From contig OX597834.1 of assembly GCA_951406725.2 (NCBI GenBank), forward strand, positions 20,956,001 to 21,020,000: DNA of 64,000 nucleotides, written 5' to 3'. This DNA is from Octopus vulgaris. Taxonomy: Eukaryota. Of this stretch, positions 26,621-40,880 are shown in pieces. The position numbers and the translations under genes are program-made. Positions within the stretch are counted from its first letter, which is position 1, and each line of letters starts with the position of its first letter. The notes below the pieces were generated by a model. The model was not told the origin of the DNA and searched no databases. It saw only the letters and a program-made list of their open reading frames with translations.

Positions 26621-26665
<45 letters not shown>

Positions 26666-26696
26666 GATGTATGTATATATAGGTATGTTTGTATAT

Positions 26697-26748
<52 letters not shown>

Positions 26749-26984
26749 ATGTTTGTATGTATAAATTTATGTCCCAATGTATGGATTGAAGTAATCTCAT
26801 AGTATTTTTTTTTTTAAATGTATCATTGTACAAACCATAAAAATTATATAGTAATATAGAAGAGAAAAGGACAAGGAGTGTATAAAGTCAGAAATGGTAG
26901 AAATAGTTGGACGAAATTTGATTTATTGTTAAATAAAATTTCATCAAACATTTTCAGTTATTTATGACTTTATAGTCTTAACTA

Positions 26985-27540
26985 GCATTCTGTTGGTTAC
27001 AGTGCCAAGGGTTTTAGTTAATCTGACAAGCAAAGGAATAGTTTACTTGTGAAGTTAACATGCAAGTGGCTGAGCACTCCACAGACATGTATACCTATTT
27101 CTTTACTACCCACAAGGGGGTAAACACAGAAGGGAACAAACAAGGACAGACAAACGGATTAAGTCGATTACACCGACCCCAGTGCGTAACTGGTACTTAA
27201 TTTATCGACCCCGAAAGGATGAAAGGCAAAGTCGACCTCGGCAGAATTTGAACTCAGATCGTAGCCGCAGACCAAATACCGCTAAGCGTTTCGCCCGGCG
27301 TACTAACGTTTCTGCCAGCTCCACAGACATGTATACCCTTAATGTAGTTCTGAGGGAGTTTCAGTGTAACTCAGAGTGTGACAAGGCTGGGCCTTTGAAA
27401 TACAGGTACTGCTCATTTTTGCCAACATTCTTGCAACATGAAATAAAATGTCTTGCTCAAGGACTCAAGGCATCACAAGGAATTGAACACACAACCTTAT
27501 GATCATTAGGCAGATACCCTAACCACTATGTCCCATGCCT
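26985..27540 (-). mobile_element. Family D-related SINE split by a nested family C SINE (27096-27318)
   Basis: 19-bp direct repeat ctccacagacatgtatacc at 27077-27095 and 27319-27337. Confidence 0.85.
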
Positions 27541-27766
27541 TCACATATCTGATATTACTATTATTGATAATAAGCCTCGAAAGGATAGAAGGCGAAGTCA
27601 ACCTCAGCGGTATTTGAACTCAGAACGTAAAGCGTACCAGGTATCTTATGATTGATACCTCTTATGTGTTTGAATGTAGACTGTGTGCGTGTGTGTGTGT
27701 GTATATATATATATATACATATATACATATATATAAACATATATATATACATATACACACACACAA

Positions 27767-27827
<61 letters not shown>

Positions 27828-27922
27828 CATATACATATATACATATATGTAAACATATATACATACATATATACATATATATATAAAACATATATATATA
27901 TATGTGTGTGTATGTATGTATG

Positions 27923-27963
<41 letters not shown>

Positions 27964-28319
27964 GTGTGTGTGTGCGTGTGTCATATGTCTATGTGTGTAT
28001 GTGTATAAAGGGAAAAAGTGATTCAAGGGCCAATAGTTTCAATAAATGCATTGTACCAAATTCTCAGCCTTTGAGTCACTTTTGGTTTGGTAAGTTTTCT
28101 GCCTATTAAAATATCTATCTCTCTATACAATAGACGTACGTGTATGCATGCATGCACTTACACGTCTCCACATGCATCGCATCGAGATGTACATGCAGAT
28201 ACGCATGCATTTACCCAAATTCTATAATTGTACATGCAGTTTGGCTGTGTCCTAACCACCCTTACAGAGCTAGAGGGAGAGAGAGAGATGTGGGTGGAGG
28301 GAGTCATATTAACATACCT

Positions 28320-28356
<37 letters not shown>

Positions 28357-28537
28357 TGTATTTACACATGTATGCCACTGTAATGTTTGCGTGTGAGCAT
28401 GCATATTTGAGCATGCATGTGTGTCTGATCTTGTGACATACTTCATATGATATATATATAAGTACAATTATTTGTACACATGCATGTACTGTATATAGGT
28501 AAATATTCATATACATATATCTATATATATATATCTA

Positions 28538-28577
<40 letters not shown>

Positions 28578-28641
28578 TTATATGAAAATATATATATTCA
28601 TATGTATAAATATATATGTATATACATATAAATATATATAC

Positions 28642-28730
<89 letters not shown>

Positions 28731-29608
28731 TATATCGATAAATATATATATATATATAACATATATGTGTGTATGTATGTATACACACGGACATAATATA
28801 TATATATATACAGATTTGGTGGTGCAAGCAGGAAAATAGAACACAAGAGCGGAATATATATTCTATTAAATATCAGCTGAAGCTACAGAGTGACTCAAGG
28901 GCTGATAGTTTCATACATTGTGTCACTTAACAGTACAAAAGAATGCATACATATATATATGTATTTGTGTGTGTATGTATATGTTTATATACGTGTGTAT
29001 ATATATATATATATATGTCATCATCATCATAACCATCATCATCGTTTAACATCCGCTTTCCATGCTAGCATGGGTTGGATATGTATATATATATAATTTA
29101 TATTTCATATTATATAATATAAATGATATATATGATATATATGATATATATGTTAGTATATGTGTGTGTGTATACATATATGTATATATACATATTTGTG
29201 CATGCGTGTGTGTGTGTGTGTGTGTGTACATTTACACAGACATGTGGGTGCAACTGTACTTTGATACTTGTTTGTAACTATCACGCATGCACACACACAC
29301 ACACACACACATCTAATCATACATGCACATGCACAGACAGCTAATCATACATGCACACACACACACACACACACACTACAAAAGTTACTCTCCCCAATTG
29401 CTAATTAAGCAAAGTTAACCTGCAGCATGCTCCCGTCTCAAGACCCCATCACCCTACTGCGGCTACCCTGCCCCGTCTAACCCTATCAGTCCTCACCATC
29501 TCCACCGCCACCACCACTACCACTGTTGCCCTCATCATCACCACCACTGCCACAGCCACCTCCTTCGCCATCACTACTACTACTACTACTCTACTACTAC
29601 TACTTCTT

Positions 29609-29658
<50 letters not shown>

Positions 29659-30418
29659 GCTACCACTACCACCGCCACCACTGCCACTACCACTGGTGCC
29701 ACTACCATCACCACCTCCACCATTCACATCCTTTCGCCAATAACAAATTTCTGAACTAGCTCTCTTTTTCTTTTTTTCTTTTTATCTTTTCTTTCAAAAA
29801 AAAAACAAAGAAATAGAAACGGCTCAAGAACAACAACAACAACAACAACAACAGTTTAGGACAGCAAGACTGTACTTCAGGAATTTGCATTCTCTCTCTT
29901 CCGATTCTCCTCCTCCTCCTCCTCTTCTTCTTCTTCTTCTTCTTCTTCTCACACATACACATGCTTACACACACACATATATACACACCAACAATGAAAT
30001 ATATACACATGCATGAACACACACAGTCACTCACACACACGCACACATATATACACACACAGGCATGCACACACTTGCACAAACAGTCATGCACACGTAC
30101 ACACACTAACATATTTACAGATGCCTTTGCACACACAAACATACACACTCACACACACATACTCAAAAGCACAAGCAGTCATTGACATACACACATATAT
30201 ACTAACATACACACATATACACTAACACACACATAACCATCACACCGACATGTATGCACATGCACATACATATATCTATATACACACTGTGATTGAGTCA
30301 CACACATACACACACACACTCTTGTACTCACAATCATACAATCATTGACACACACACACTCACACATACTGATATCTATTACACATACACACACACACTC
30401 ACTGTCGCGCATATACAG

Positions 30419-30549
30419 TATACCAAACCCACTCACAAGGTTTTGGTCGGCCCAAGGCTATAATACCAGGTACTTGCCCAAGGTGCCATGCAGTGGGACT
30501 GAACCTGGAACCATGTGGTTGGTAAGCAAGCTTCTTACCACACAGCCGC
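30419..30549 (-). mobile_element. SINE family A, head
   Basis: Reverse-complement homology. Confidence 0.88.
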
Positions 30550-30744
30550 ATACATTTTTGAACACATCCTACATACATATGTCACATATACAATTACACA
30601 CACTGCATACATATACATGCTCTTATGCACACACACACACACTTTCTAACTCTTCATACATATATACGTACATACAGTGTTGTTCATCTATGTATTTATA
30701 CATAGCGGATTTTCTCTTCACACACATATACATATCTACACATA

Positions 30745-31163
30745 GGCGTAGGAGTGGCTGTGTGGTAAGTAGCTTGCTTACGAACCATATGGTTCTGGGT
30801 TCAGTCCCACTGCGTGGCACCTTGGGCAAGTGTCTTCTACTATAGCCCCGGGCTGACCAATGCCTTGTGAGTGGATTTGATAGACGGAAACTGAAAGAAG
30901 CCCGTCATATATATGTATATATATATATATGTATGTATGTGTATATGTTTGTGTGTCTGTGTTTGTCCCCCCAACATCACTTGACAACCGATGGTGGTGT
31001 GTTTACGTCCCTGTCACTTAGCAGTTCAGCAAAATAGACTGATAGAATAAGTACTAGGCTTACAAAGGATAAGTCCTGGGGTTGATTTGCTCGACTAAAG
31101 GCGGTGCTCCAGCATGGCCACAGTCATTTGACTGAAACAAATAAAAGAGTAAAGAGTAAAGAG
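30745..31163 (+). mobile_element. SINE family A, full length
   Basis: A/B boxes, internal (TA)n/(TG)n, GTAAAGA tail. Confidence 0.92.
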
Positions 31164-31927
31164 TATACATATATAAACATTGCATAAATACATACACATG
31201 TGCAAATATAAATACAGATACACATACAAAGATATATACACTCACGTGTGCATGTATGCATCTTATAGATGTGTGTAAAAGGAAATATATACATTTTTTC
31301 ATCTATGTACATTTTACTGAGTTAGGTATATGTATTTGCACATATGCGTATGCACAGACACACATATATAGATATGTGTGTGTATCTGAAAATGTATATG
31401 TACGTGCGTGTATGTGTGTGTGTGTGTGTGTGTGGGTGTGTACTTTGCTATTTGATTCTTGTATTAATCTGGGATGTATCCTTTATGACTCCGGCAGAGA
31501 TTTAAGCTTCCATTTATCATCATCATCATCATCACCATCATCACCATTGTCGTCGTCATCATCATCATCATCATCACCGGCAGTCTTTATTTCCTCTTGG
31601 ACACTCTGAATGGCTTTGATAATTGCAGGCAGCAAGTGCTGTACGTATGCGCGTGTGTGTGTGTGTGTGTGTGCACGCGCGTGCACGAGTGTGTGTGTGT
31701 GTGTTTGTGTGTGCATCCAGGTGTTATGCATGTGTCTGTGTGTTTGTGTCATTGTTTATGTGAATATGTATGTGTGTGTGCATGTGTGTGTTTGTGCGTG
31801 TTTATACACATGACTCTGTGTGTGTGTGTGTGTTTCAATGTGGAGAGTATCTCGTTAATATGTAAATGGTTCTCTATGAAAACACAAACCTGCATGTTTT
31901 TTTATGTCTCTCTGTGTGTGTATGTGT

Positions 31928-31988
<61 letters not shown>

Positions 31989-33119
31989 ATAAAAACAAAA
32001 CAATGAAAAATAGAAAGAATGCGTATTCGCGTGGCAACGTAGGAAAAAAAAGTAACGGATGTTATTGTTGAAGTATAATGGTGTAAGAGGTGTGTGGAAG
32101 GTAGGGTACGTGTACCTGTCTGCGCGAACATGTGCATGTATGTGTATGTGCGTGTGTGTGCGTGTGTGTGTGTGTGTGTGTACAGTCGTTTTCCAGTGGA
32201 AGAAACATGAAGTATCCATGCCATTCTTCTTACCACCGCGACCATCACCACCATTGTCAAAGAACCTCACACCCAGTACCACCTATGTGCACCTACGCCA
32301 GTGCACATGCGATCACCACAAACGCTAGCATCACCACTAGCACCAGTGCAAGTTACAACCTAACCCTCACCTCTGTGCAACCATTACCACTGTGACAACC
32401 ATTACCACCACCACCACCAATGTAATCTCTATCTCCCACCATCACCACCACTACCACCACCTCCAGTGTAATCACTAGGTACTACCACTACCACCATGAA
32501 CACCACCACAATCGACACCATCACTGCCACCACAGCCATCACCACCACCACAGCCATCACCACCACCACCGCCACCACAACCATCACCGCCACCAGCTCC
32601 AGTACAGTTACTACCTCCCACTGCAACCACTACATACCATTGCCACCTCCAATATCCCCACCATCACCACCACCACCACTGTCACTGCAGCAGTGTAGTC
32701 ACTACCTCACACCACCACCACCACCACCACCAGGTGCAGTCCAGACACTACCTCCCACCACTATGAACTAACATCACACCTACTTCCACTACCTCTCACC
32801 ACCAAGAACAACAACCATTTCTTTAATCTTTCTCTCTATGCTACAACCTCTGTCATCCATCACTCATCATCCATCACCTTTACTCGTCCCCAACATCTTA
32901 GTCACAGCCATCATTATCACGTTCATTAGTCTCATTATCTTATTGATAATCAAGATGTTTCTGATTATTCCTGTCAGAAAATTTCAGAAATGCTTGGCTT
33001 TTTTGTAAATTTTATTTTATTAATTCTTCTTTTTTTCTTTTGGTGGGTGGGGTGGCTCACCTGTTTTCTCACCTGAAAAGAACTTTGAAACAACAGCAAC
33101 AACAAAGAACAACAATGAC

Positions 33120-33400
33120 TGTTTCCAATTCAGGCACAAGGCCAGCAGTTTTGAAGAGAAGCAGGGCAGTTCTTACTTATTTCTTTACTACCCACAAGGG
33201 GCTAAACACAGAGAGGACAAACAAGGACAGACAAACGGATTAAGTCGATTATATTGACCCCAGTGCGTAACTGGTACTTATTTAATCGACCCTGAAAGGA
33301 TGAAAGGCAAAGTCAACCTTGGCGGAATTTGAACTCAGAACGTAGCGGCAGACGAAATAGCACTGAGCATTTCGACCGGCATGCTAACGTTTCTGCCAGT
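33120..33400 (-). mobile_element. SINE family C
   Basis: Homology to 11437-11670. Confidence 0.9.
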
Positions 33401-33469
33401 TCTTACTGTCAACCGCCCTGCCCCCACTAATTTGGCTGGTACTTTATTTTGTCGACCCTGCGGCACTAT

Positions 33470-33590
33470 GTAGCTTGAGTGTATGCCACCTGGGGTGTGC
33501 CACCCTTCCTTTTTCCACTCCACCGGACCCCACAAAAACCACATATTGCCTACTGTAGACCCCAAAGTGGTGCCCCTTTAAAACCCAGAA
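33470..33590. mobile_element. Unclassified repeat, inverted relative at about 50640-50730
   Basis: Shared ttttaaaggggcaNca...gtaggcaRtatgtg...ttttgtg.ggtc on opposite strands. Confidence 0.55.
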
Positions 33591-33654
33591 GCCAAAAGAA
33601 ATGCTGCTAAGCATTTTGTTTAATGCTTTGATGTTTCAGAAAAAATAAAGGTAT

Positions 33655-33892
33655 CTTCTTGAGTCGTTCCAAATCAAGGGCCATTTTTCCAGTTTCCATG
33701 GCACACAAATTCCAAACCTGGATGGCACACTGGTCCATCACAGGGTTATTCATTTTTGTCAGCTGAGTGGACTGGAGCAGTGTGAATGGAAGTGTTTTGC
33801 TCAAGAACACAGTGTGTACCCAGGCCAGGAATTGAAACCACAATCTTATAATCATGAGTCCAACACCCCAACCACTAAGCCACACACCCCGC
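33655..33892 (-). mobile_element. SINE family E (tRNA head, CORE-like cttgagcaaaacactt); pieces also at 1-40 and about 23975-24085
   Basis: Minus strand gtgtggcttagtggtt...ggtttcaattcctgg (A/B boxes) and cactcagctg. Confidence 0.75.
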
Positions 33893-34027
33893 ACCAGCCA
33901 TGGTTCTACTAAACCATCATTCAATTAATAATAATGATTTTGGTTTCAAAATCCCAAAATCTAATGAGTTTGTGCCAGTCATGAGGCCAAACATTCCTGT
34001 AAGTTTCATCTAAATCCATCCAGCAGT

Positions 34028-34269
34028 TCTTCTTCTTCTTCTTCTTCTTCTTCTTCTTCTTCTTCTTCTTCTTCTTCTTTTCTTCTTCTTCTTCTCTTCT
34101 TCTTCTTCTTCTTCTTTTCTTCTTCTTCTTTTTTCTTCTTTTCTTCTTCTTCTTCTTCTTCTTCTTCTTCTTCTTTCTTCTTCTTCTTCTTCTTCTTCTT
34201 CTTCTTCTTCTTCTTCTTCTTCTTCTTCTTCTCTTCTCCTCCTCCTCCTCCTCCTCCTCCTCCTCCTCC

Positions 34270-34302
<33 letters not shown>
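34028..34302. repeat. (TTC)n then (TCC)n then (TCA)n compound tract
   Basis: Direct reading. Confidence 0.95.
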
Positions 34303-34303
<1 letters not shown>

Positions 34304-34307
34304 TGTT

Positions 34308-34523
34308 ATTTCAACTCTAGGCACAAGGCCTGAAATTTGGGAGTGATGGAGATAGTCAATGGCATCGACCCCGTTGCTCAACTGATATTTATTTTATTGA
34401 CGGCCCCCAAAAGGATGAAAAGCAAAGTCGAGCTCAGCGGAATTTGATCTCAGAATTTAAAGTCAGAAATAATAGCATTTAGCATTTCGTCCCACGCTCT
34501 AACGATCCTGTGAGCTTGCTTCC
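34308..34523 (-). mobile_element. SINE family C, diverged
   Basis: aaggatgaaaagcaaagtcgagctcagcggaatttga. Confidence 0.8.
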
Positions 34524-34794
34524 TTAAACCTTATATGGCAAGATATCATCATTTAATGTTTTGTTAGAGAACAGCAGACATTATCAATTGATGTTTGAAA
34601 AATTTCACATGGATACAGCCAGCATCAGTTGATGCCTAAATGTCTACTTCATTAAATTTGCCAAAGCCCAACGCAGCCCTTATCGAAGCCAGGAATCAGG
34701 TCCCAAATGGAAAATCACAAAAGTTTATTTTTTTTCTTCTTCATCTTGCTCTGGATGGAAAAAAGCGCATCGACCCATCGTTCACCTATACAAA

Positions 34795-34996
34795 CACACA
34801 CACACACACTAGTTCAGACTCACAGACACATACATGCACACAAACACACACACACACACACTAGTTCAGATTCACAGACACATACATGTACACATACACG
34901 CACACACACACACACACATGCTAGTTCAGACTCACAAACACATACATGCACACATACACACACACACACAAGTTCAGATTCACAGACACATACATG

Positions 34997-35031
<35 letters not shown>

Positions 35032-35603
35032 CATTCACTCAATTTTCTTGCTTTCATATATACATACGCATGCACACCTGTACTCTTTCTTGCTCCCATC
35101 CATTCCCTTGACTGCCCCCGCCATCTACTCACTCTTGCCCACCTCCCACAAACCCTGCCTCTCATTGGTCCACTCATTGAGCTCCAGCTTGGGAGCTCGA
35201 CCTCAACAACAACAACATTGACACACTTTACCCCTTCCCAAGCACACGCACACTCGCACACTCACACATACCCCACACAAATACACCCGTACACATACAT
35301 ACACATTCATTCTCGCCATACTCACGCATACACAAAATGCACACACACACATACAATATCACACACACTCAGACATACAGAACCACACACACATATACTC
35401 ATACACAGTTACACACACAGTCCAATCATACTCTTATACACAAATCCTCACACACACACACATTCACGCACACATACACACACTAGTTCAGACTCACAGA
35501 CACATTCACACACATACACACACACACACACTAGTTCAGACTCACAGACACATTCACACACATACACACACACACGCTAGTTCAGACTCACATACACATT
35601 CAT

Positions 35604-35639
<36 letters not shown>

Positions 35640-35662
35640 TCAGACTCACAGACACATTCATG

Positions 35663-35695
<33 letters not shown>
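34795..35695. repeat. Minisatellite of about 50-60 bp (cactagttcagactcacagacac plus (CA)n) in two clusters, 34795-35030 and 35470-35695
   Basis: Eight copies of the agttcaga core. Confidence 0.9.
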
Positions 35696-35700
<5 letters not shown>

Positions 35701-37014
35701 CATTCACTCGCCCTCCTTAATACAATCTTCTGCTTACCTTTTCCCACCCCTCCCTCCCTCATCATCATCATCATCAACATCATCATCACTATCATTTCCG
35801 CTTCTTTCTATTATCCTCTCCAGTACAAACACAAAGCCACCCACAATAGGTGGATGCTTCACCCCCAATCACCATCACCCCAACCACCACCAACACCAAC
35901 ACCCCCTGTTTGTTTATTTGTTTATCTCTTTTGTTTATTTGTATTTATTTGTTTACTTTTACGTTTTGTTTTGGCTCCTTTTTTATTGCATTTGATCCAT
36001 GTGTGTGTGTGTGTGTGTGTATGCACATGTGCATATGTGTGTGAGTATGTGTATGTATATATTTATATATATGTGCGTATATCTATGTATGTGTGTATAT
36101 TTATACATATATGTATATGTATGTATATGTATGTGTGTATATTTATATATATATGTATATCTATGTATGTATGTGTGTACAATTATACATATATGTATAT
36201 GTATGTGTGTATATTTATATATATGTATATATGTATATCTATGTATGTGTGTGTATATTTATGTATGTATGTACGTATATATGTATGTATGTATGTATGT
36301 ATATCCATGTATGTGTATGTATATTTATGTTGTTTTGGTTTGTTATCTTTTTTTGTTATTTGTTGTGACCACAGTAACACTCATAGACTGTTGCAACCAA
36401 TGAGAGAGAGAGAGAGAGCCTCTATGTGGTCATTCGGCTTACAAGAAATAGCAGTTAACTAATCTCTCCTAAAATGTAAGACATCCACCCCATCGTCTTA
36501 GACAAAACGACACATTCCTACATAATGTGGTCCTTAGTTTCTTGCACATTTAATGAAAATACCAAAAAAAACCAGATGATTATAACACAGGTTGGTCATG
36601 GATAGAATGCTTTTAATCATAAATCTGCTCAATCAGGGCTCTAATCTGGTGCTAAACAACAACAACACCAACAACAGCATTGTCTACTCATATTCCAGAT
36701 TCCTTCTACCAGACATCTTCCCACCCTGCCACCCATTCTTTCCACCCTGGCCCCTCATCATCATGGCTAGATTTTTGTTCTTCTTTCCTGCACCCCCTCC
36801 CCACACCACACACCCCACCATATACACCTACACACAACCACACCTTGTTTGCTCTAAACCCTTCTGGCACCACCACCACCACCACCCTACTAACTACACT
36901 CACATACCCATGCCCTGTATTCTCTGCCTTGACCCCTTTTCCATGATCTGTAGGAACACAACACCTTTCAGGAGTTTACACAATAGGCCTTCTACGCCTC
37001 TATTTCTCTCTCTT

Positions 37015-37076
<62 letters not shown>

Positions 37077-37106
37077 TATATATATGTATATATATACACA
37101 CACACA

Positions 37107-37145
<39 letters not shown>

Positions 37146-37305
37146 CTTTATATTTTTCTCTCTCTCTCTCTCTATCTATCTATCTTTCTATTTAACCTAT
37201 CTATCTATCTATCTATCTATCTTTCTCTCTTTCAATCTTTCTTACCACTCTTGTACTCTTTCATCACTCCTGATCCTTCTTTTGTAATCACATTCTTTCC
37301 TCCCT

Positions 37306-37336
<31 letters not shown>

Positions 37337-38226
37337 ATCTATCTATCTAGCTTGCTTTCTTTTTGTCCCTCTTTCAATCTTTCTTACCCTTCCTTTACTC
37401 TTCCATCACCCCTGATCCTTCATTTACAATCGCATTCTCTCTCCCCCTCCCCCTCTCTCTCTATCTGTCTATCTATCTATCCATCTTTTCTACCATTTCT
37501 GTAATCTTCCTTCACACCTGACCCTTTCTCTGCAATCTCCCTCTCACCCTACCACTCTTTCCCTCCTACCCCGATTCTCTTCCACCCTGTCTTTCTACCC
37601 ACACCATCCCCCATTCCATGAATGATCTCAACTGAGGCCATCCTCTGCCTCCTCCTCCTCCTCCTCCTCAACTTACTCATCCTCAATAAATCCCAGTCCA
37701 GACATTGTTTCATCACCAGATGTAAGGTAGAGAGAGAGAAAGAAAGAACCGAGAGAGAAAGATAGATAGAGAGACAGAGAAAGGAGGAGAGTAACAGAAT
37801 AAGAGAATAATGAAATAATAGTGGTGGTAGCAGACAGGGGCAGGGGAATAAAAGAATAAGGGAACAATGGAATACTTGTTGGTAGGAAACTCACTGCTTA
37901 CAACTCTTTAGGCAGCAATCCACCCACAATTCGATTGTTGTATAACCCCGGGTCATATAAGGATGGACACAGCATAAAAACATCCCCACCTCATTTTGTA
38001 GGTGGGTGGGGAAAAGGAAGTGCATGCAGTGACTTGTAGCATTCATTCTAGTTCTCTGTTCTCTGGGTTCAAATCGCACCATGGTTAACTTTTTTATTTT
38101 TATTTCTCTGGGGCTCGATAACTAAACTACCAGTTCGATCCTGAGGTCAATTCTTTGTTTTTGTTTTTGTTTATCTGGTCTTTTTTTCTCTTATCTCTCT
38201 TTTTCACCTTTGTCTCTATCTCTATA

Positions 38227-38460
38227 GGCGGCAAGCTGGCAGAAACGTTAGTACGTCGGGCAAAATGCTTTGCAAAATTTCATCTGCTGTTACGTTCTGA
38301 GTTCAAATTCCGCCAAGGTTGACTTTGGCTTTCTTCCTTTCTGGGTCGATAAATTAAGTACCAGTTACGCACTGGGATCGATGTAATCGACTTGATCCCT
38401 TTGTCTGTCCTTGTTTGTCCCCTCTATGTTTAGCCCCTTGCGGACATTAAAGAAATAAGA
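38227..38460 (+). mobile_element. SINE family C, full monomer
   Basis: ggcggcaagctggcagaaacgttag...gagttcaaattcc...aaagaaataag. Confidence 0.9.
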
Positions 38461-39120
38461 AATTAGAGGAATATTCCGTTGGATAATTCTGAATATATTT
38501 CCCTAACCATAATGGTTTCCTGGAGTATAAATATTGCCAATATCAAAACTAAGGATAACACTGAAGTACCAATAGCATTACCTTTGGTTCTGTAATTATA
38601 TACCACCTTTTAAGACCAACACATGTTTCTATTGCACCAATTAGTAATCGTTGAAATTGCAACCCTCCTATAAAATGATGCACTCTCTTCAGGGTCTAAA
38701 TTTGATATATATCCCTCAGTATGACTGTTTAAGGATTTTCTTTTATATTATAAACTCTGCATTGTATAATGTATATTCATGTATATGTACATACGTATAT
38801 ATGTACGTATATATATATTTACATTTTTATATATCATCATCATCATCATCGTCGTTTAACGTCTGTTCTCCATGCTAGCATGGGTTGGACGGTTCGACCG
38901 GGGTTCTGGGAAGCCAGAAGGCTGCACCAGGCTCCAGTCTAAATTTGGCAATGTTTCTACAGCTGGATGCCCTTCCTAACGCCAACCACTCCGTGAGTGT
39001 AGTGGGTGCTTTTTACGTGCCACCTGCACAGGTGCCAGGCGGGGCTGGCAACGGCCACGGTCAGATTGGTGTATTTTATGTGCCACCGGCACGGAAGCCA
39101 GTCGAGGCGGTGCTGGCATC

Positions 39121-39575
39121 GGCCACGAGTCGGATAGTGCTTTTTACGTACCACCAGACCAGGGATCCTGGCTGGTTCAATTCGATTTCGATTTCGCTTG
39201 CCCCAACATGTCTTCACAAGCAAAGGGGGTTGGCAAGGGTGCCTGTCGTACGGTCGCATTGGAGTATTTTACGTGCCACGGCCACGAGTCGGATAGTGCT
39301 TTTTACGTACCATCAGACCAGGGATCCTGGCTGGTTCAATTCGATTTCGATTTCGCTTGCCCCAACATGTCTTCACAAGCAAAGGGGGTTGGCATGGGTG
39401 CCTGTCGTACGGTCGCATTGGAGTATTTTACGTGCCACGGCCACGAGTCGGATAGTGCTTTTTACGTACCACCAGGCCAGGGATCCTGGCTGGTTCAATT
39501 CGGTTTCGATTTCGATTTCGCTTGCCCCAACATGTCTTCGCAAGCATGGGGGGTTGGCATGGGTGTCTGTCGTCG
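39121..39575. repeat. 159-bp tandem repeat (about 2.9 copies) in the RTE 3' UTR
   Basis: ggccacgagtcggatagtg starts at 39121, 39280 and 39439. Confidence 0.93.
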
Positions 39576-39656
39576 GATGAGGTTCTATATCGACTTCGCT
39601 TGCCTCAACCGGTCTTTGTGTCCAAGGGAGGAAAGGCATTCATAAGTGGGCTGGGC

Positions 39657-40750
39657 TCACTTGTCCTGCCTGGTCTTCTCACGTACAGAATATTTCCAAA
39701 GGTCTCGGTCTCTGGTCATTTCCTCAGTGAGGCCTAAAGTTCGAAGGTCGTGCTTCACCACCTCGTCCCAGGTTTTCCTGGGTCTACCTCTTCCACGGGT
39801 TCCCTCAACTGCTAGGGATTGGCACTTTCTCACACACCTATCTTCATCCATTCTCGCCACATGACCATACCAGCGCAATTGTCTCTCTTGCACACCACAA
39901 CTGATGCTTCTTAGGTACAACATTTCTCTCAAGGTGCTAACGCTCTGTCGAGTATGTACACTGACATTACACATCCATCGGAGCATACTGGCTTCATTCC
40001 TCACGAGCTTACGCATGTCCTCAGCAGTCACGGCCCATGTTTCGCTGCCATGTAGCATGGCTGTTCGTACACACGCATCATACAGTCTGCCTTTTACTCT
40101 GAGCGAGAGGCCTTTAGTCACCAGCAGAGGTAAGAGCTCCCTAAACTTTGCCCAGGCTATTCTTATTCTAGCAGTTACACTTTCAGCGCACCCACCCCCA
40201 CTACTGACTTGGTCACCTAGATAACGGAAGCTATCAACTACTTCTAGTTTTTCCCCTGGAAAGTGACGGAAGTTGTTTTCTGCAGATTTTCGGAGGTTAA
40301 TGCTCCCGAGCATCTGCCACATACAAAAACTATCTTCCCAGTTAGCCTACCTTTGACATTGCTGCACCTCTTATGTGTCCATAGCTTACACTGGGTACAT
40401 CTTATAGAGTTTCTACCTACACCTTTTCTACAGATCGAGCAGGGCCATCTTCCTGAAGATATTTGTGGATTGTCTACCTTTCTACTTATTAGTACTTTGG
40501 TTTTAGCTAGGTTGACTCTAAGGCCCCTTGATTCTAAACCCTCCTTCCACACCTGGAACTTCTCCTCCAGTTCTGATAGTGACTCAGCAATAAGAGCAAG
40601 GTCGTCAGCGTAGAGGAGCTCCCAGGGACAGCCTGTCTTGAATTCCTCCGTAATTGCCTGGAGTACTATGATAAATAGGAGGGGGCTGAGTACTGAACCC
40701 TGGTGGACCCCAACCTCTACTTTGAATTCTTCTGTGTACATGTTGCCAAC
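39657..40750 (-). pseudogene. RTE reverse transcriptase ORF remnant with internal PHD finger; single frameshift near 40250-40257
   Basis: ORFs 40244..40741 and 39657..40322 join at ...VTFQG/EKLEVVDSFRYLG; no in-frame stops otherwise. Confidence 0.92.
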
Positions 40751-40880
40751 CCTATATATATATATATAAATTTAAAATAAGTGTGAGAAATTAGATATTA
40801 ATTTAATTAACATCGATTTCACCCCAGTGGTCTATCATAAAAAAAAAATGAAGGTTCAGTAAAATTGTATTATATATATA

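Larger units (their letters stand above)
38835..40753 (-). mobile_element. 5'-truncated RTE-clade LINE: RT C-terminal half, long 3' UTR, (GAT)n tail, inserted at a TA tract
   Basis: RT motifs GVHQGSVLSPLLF, LLYADDL, FRYLG, RWYGHV, GRGRPRKTW. Confidence 0.96.

Noticed and set aside
28895-28940. Hammerhead-like layout on the minus strand (CUGUUAA...GAAACUAUC)
   Set aside because: Two core mismatches and a weak stem II
34795-35695. Repeat-spacer pattern resembling CRISPR
   Set aside because: Eukaryotic DNA, spacers are (CA)n variants and there are no cas genes; it is a minisatellite
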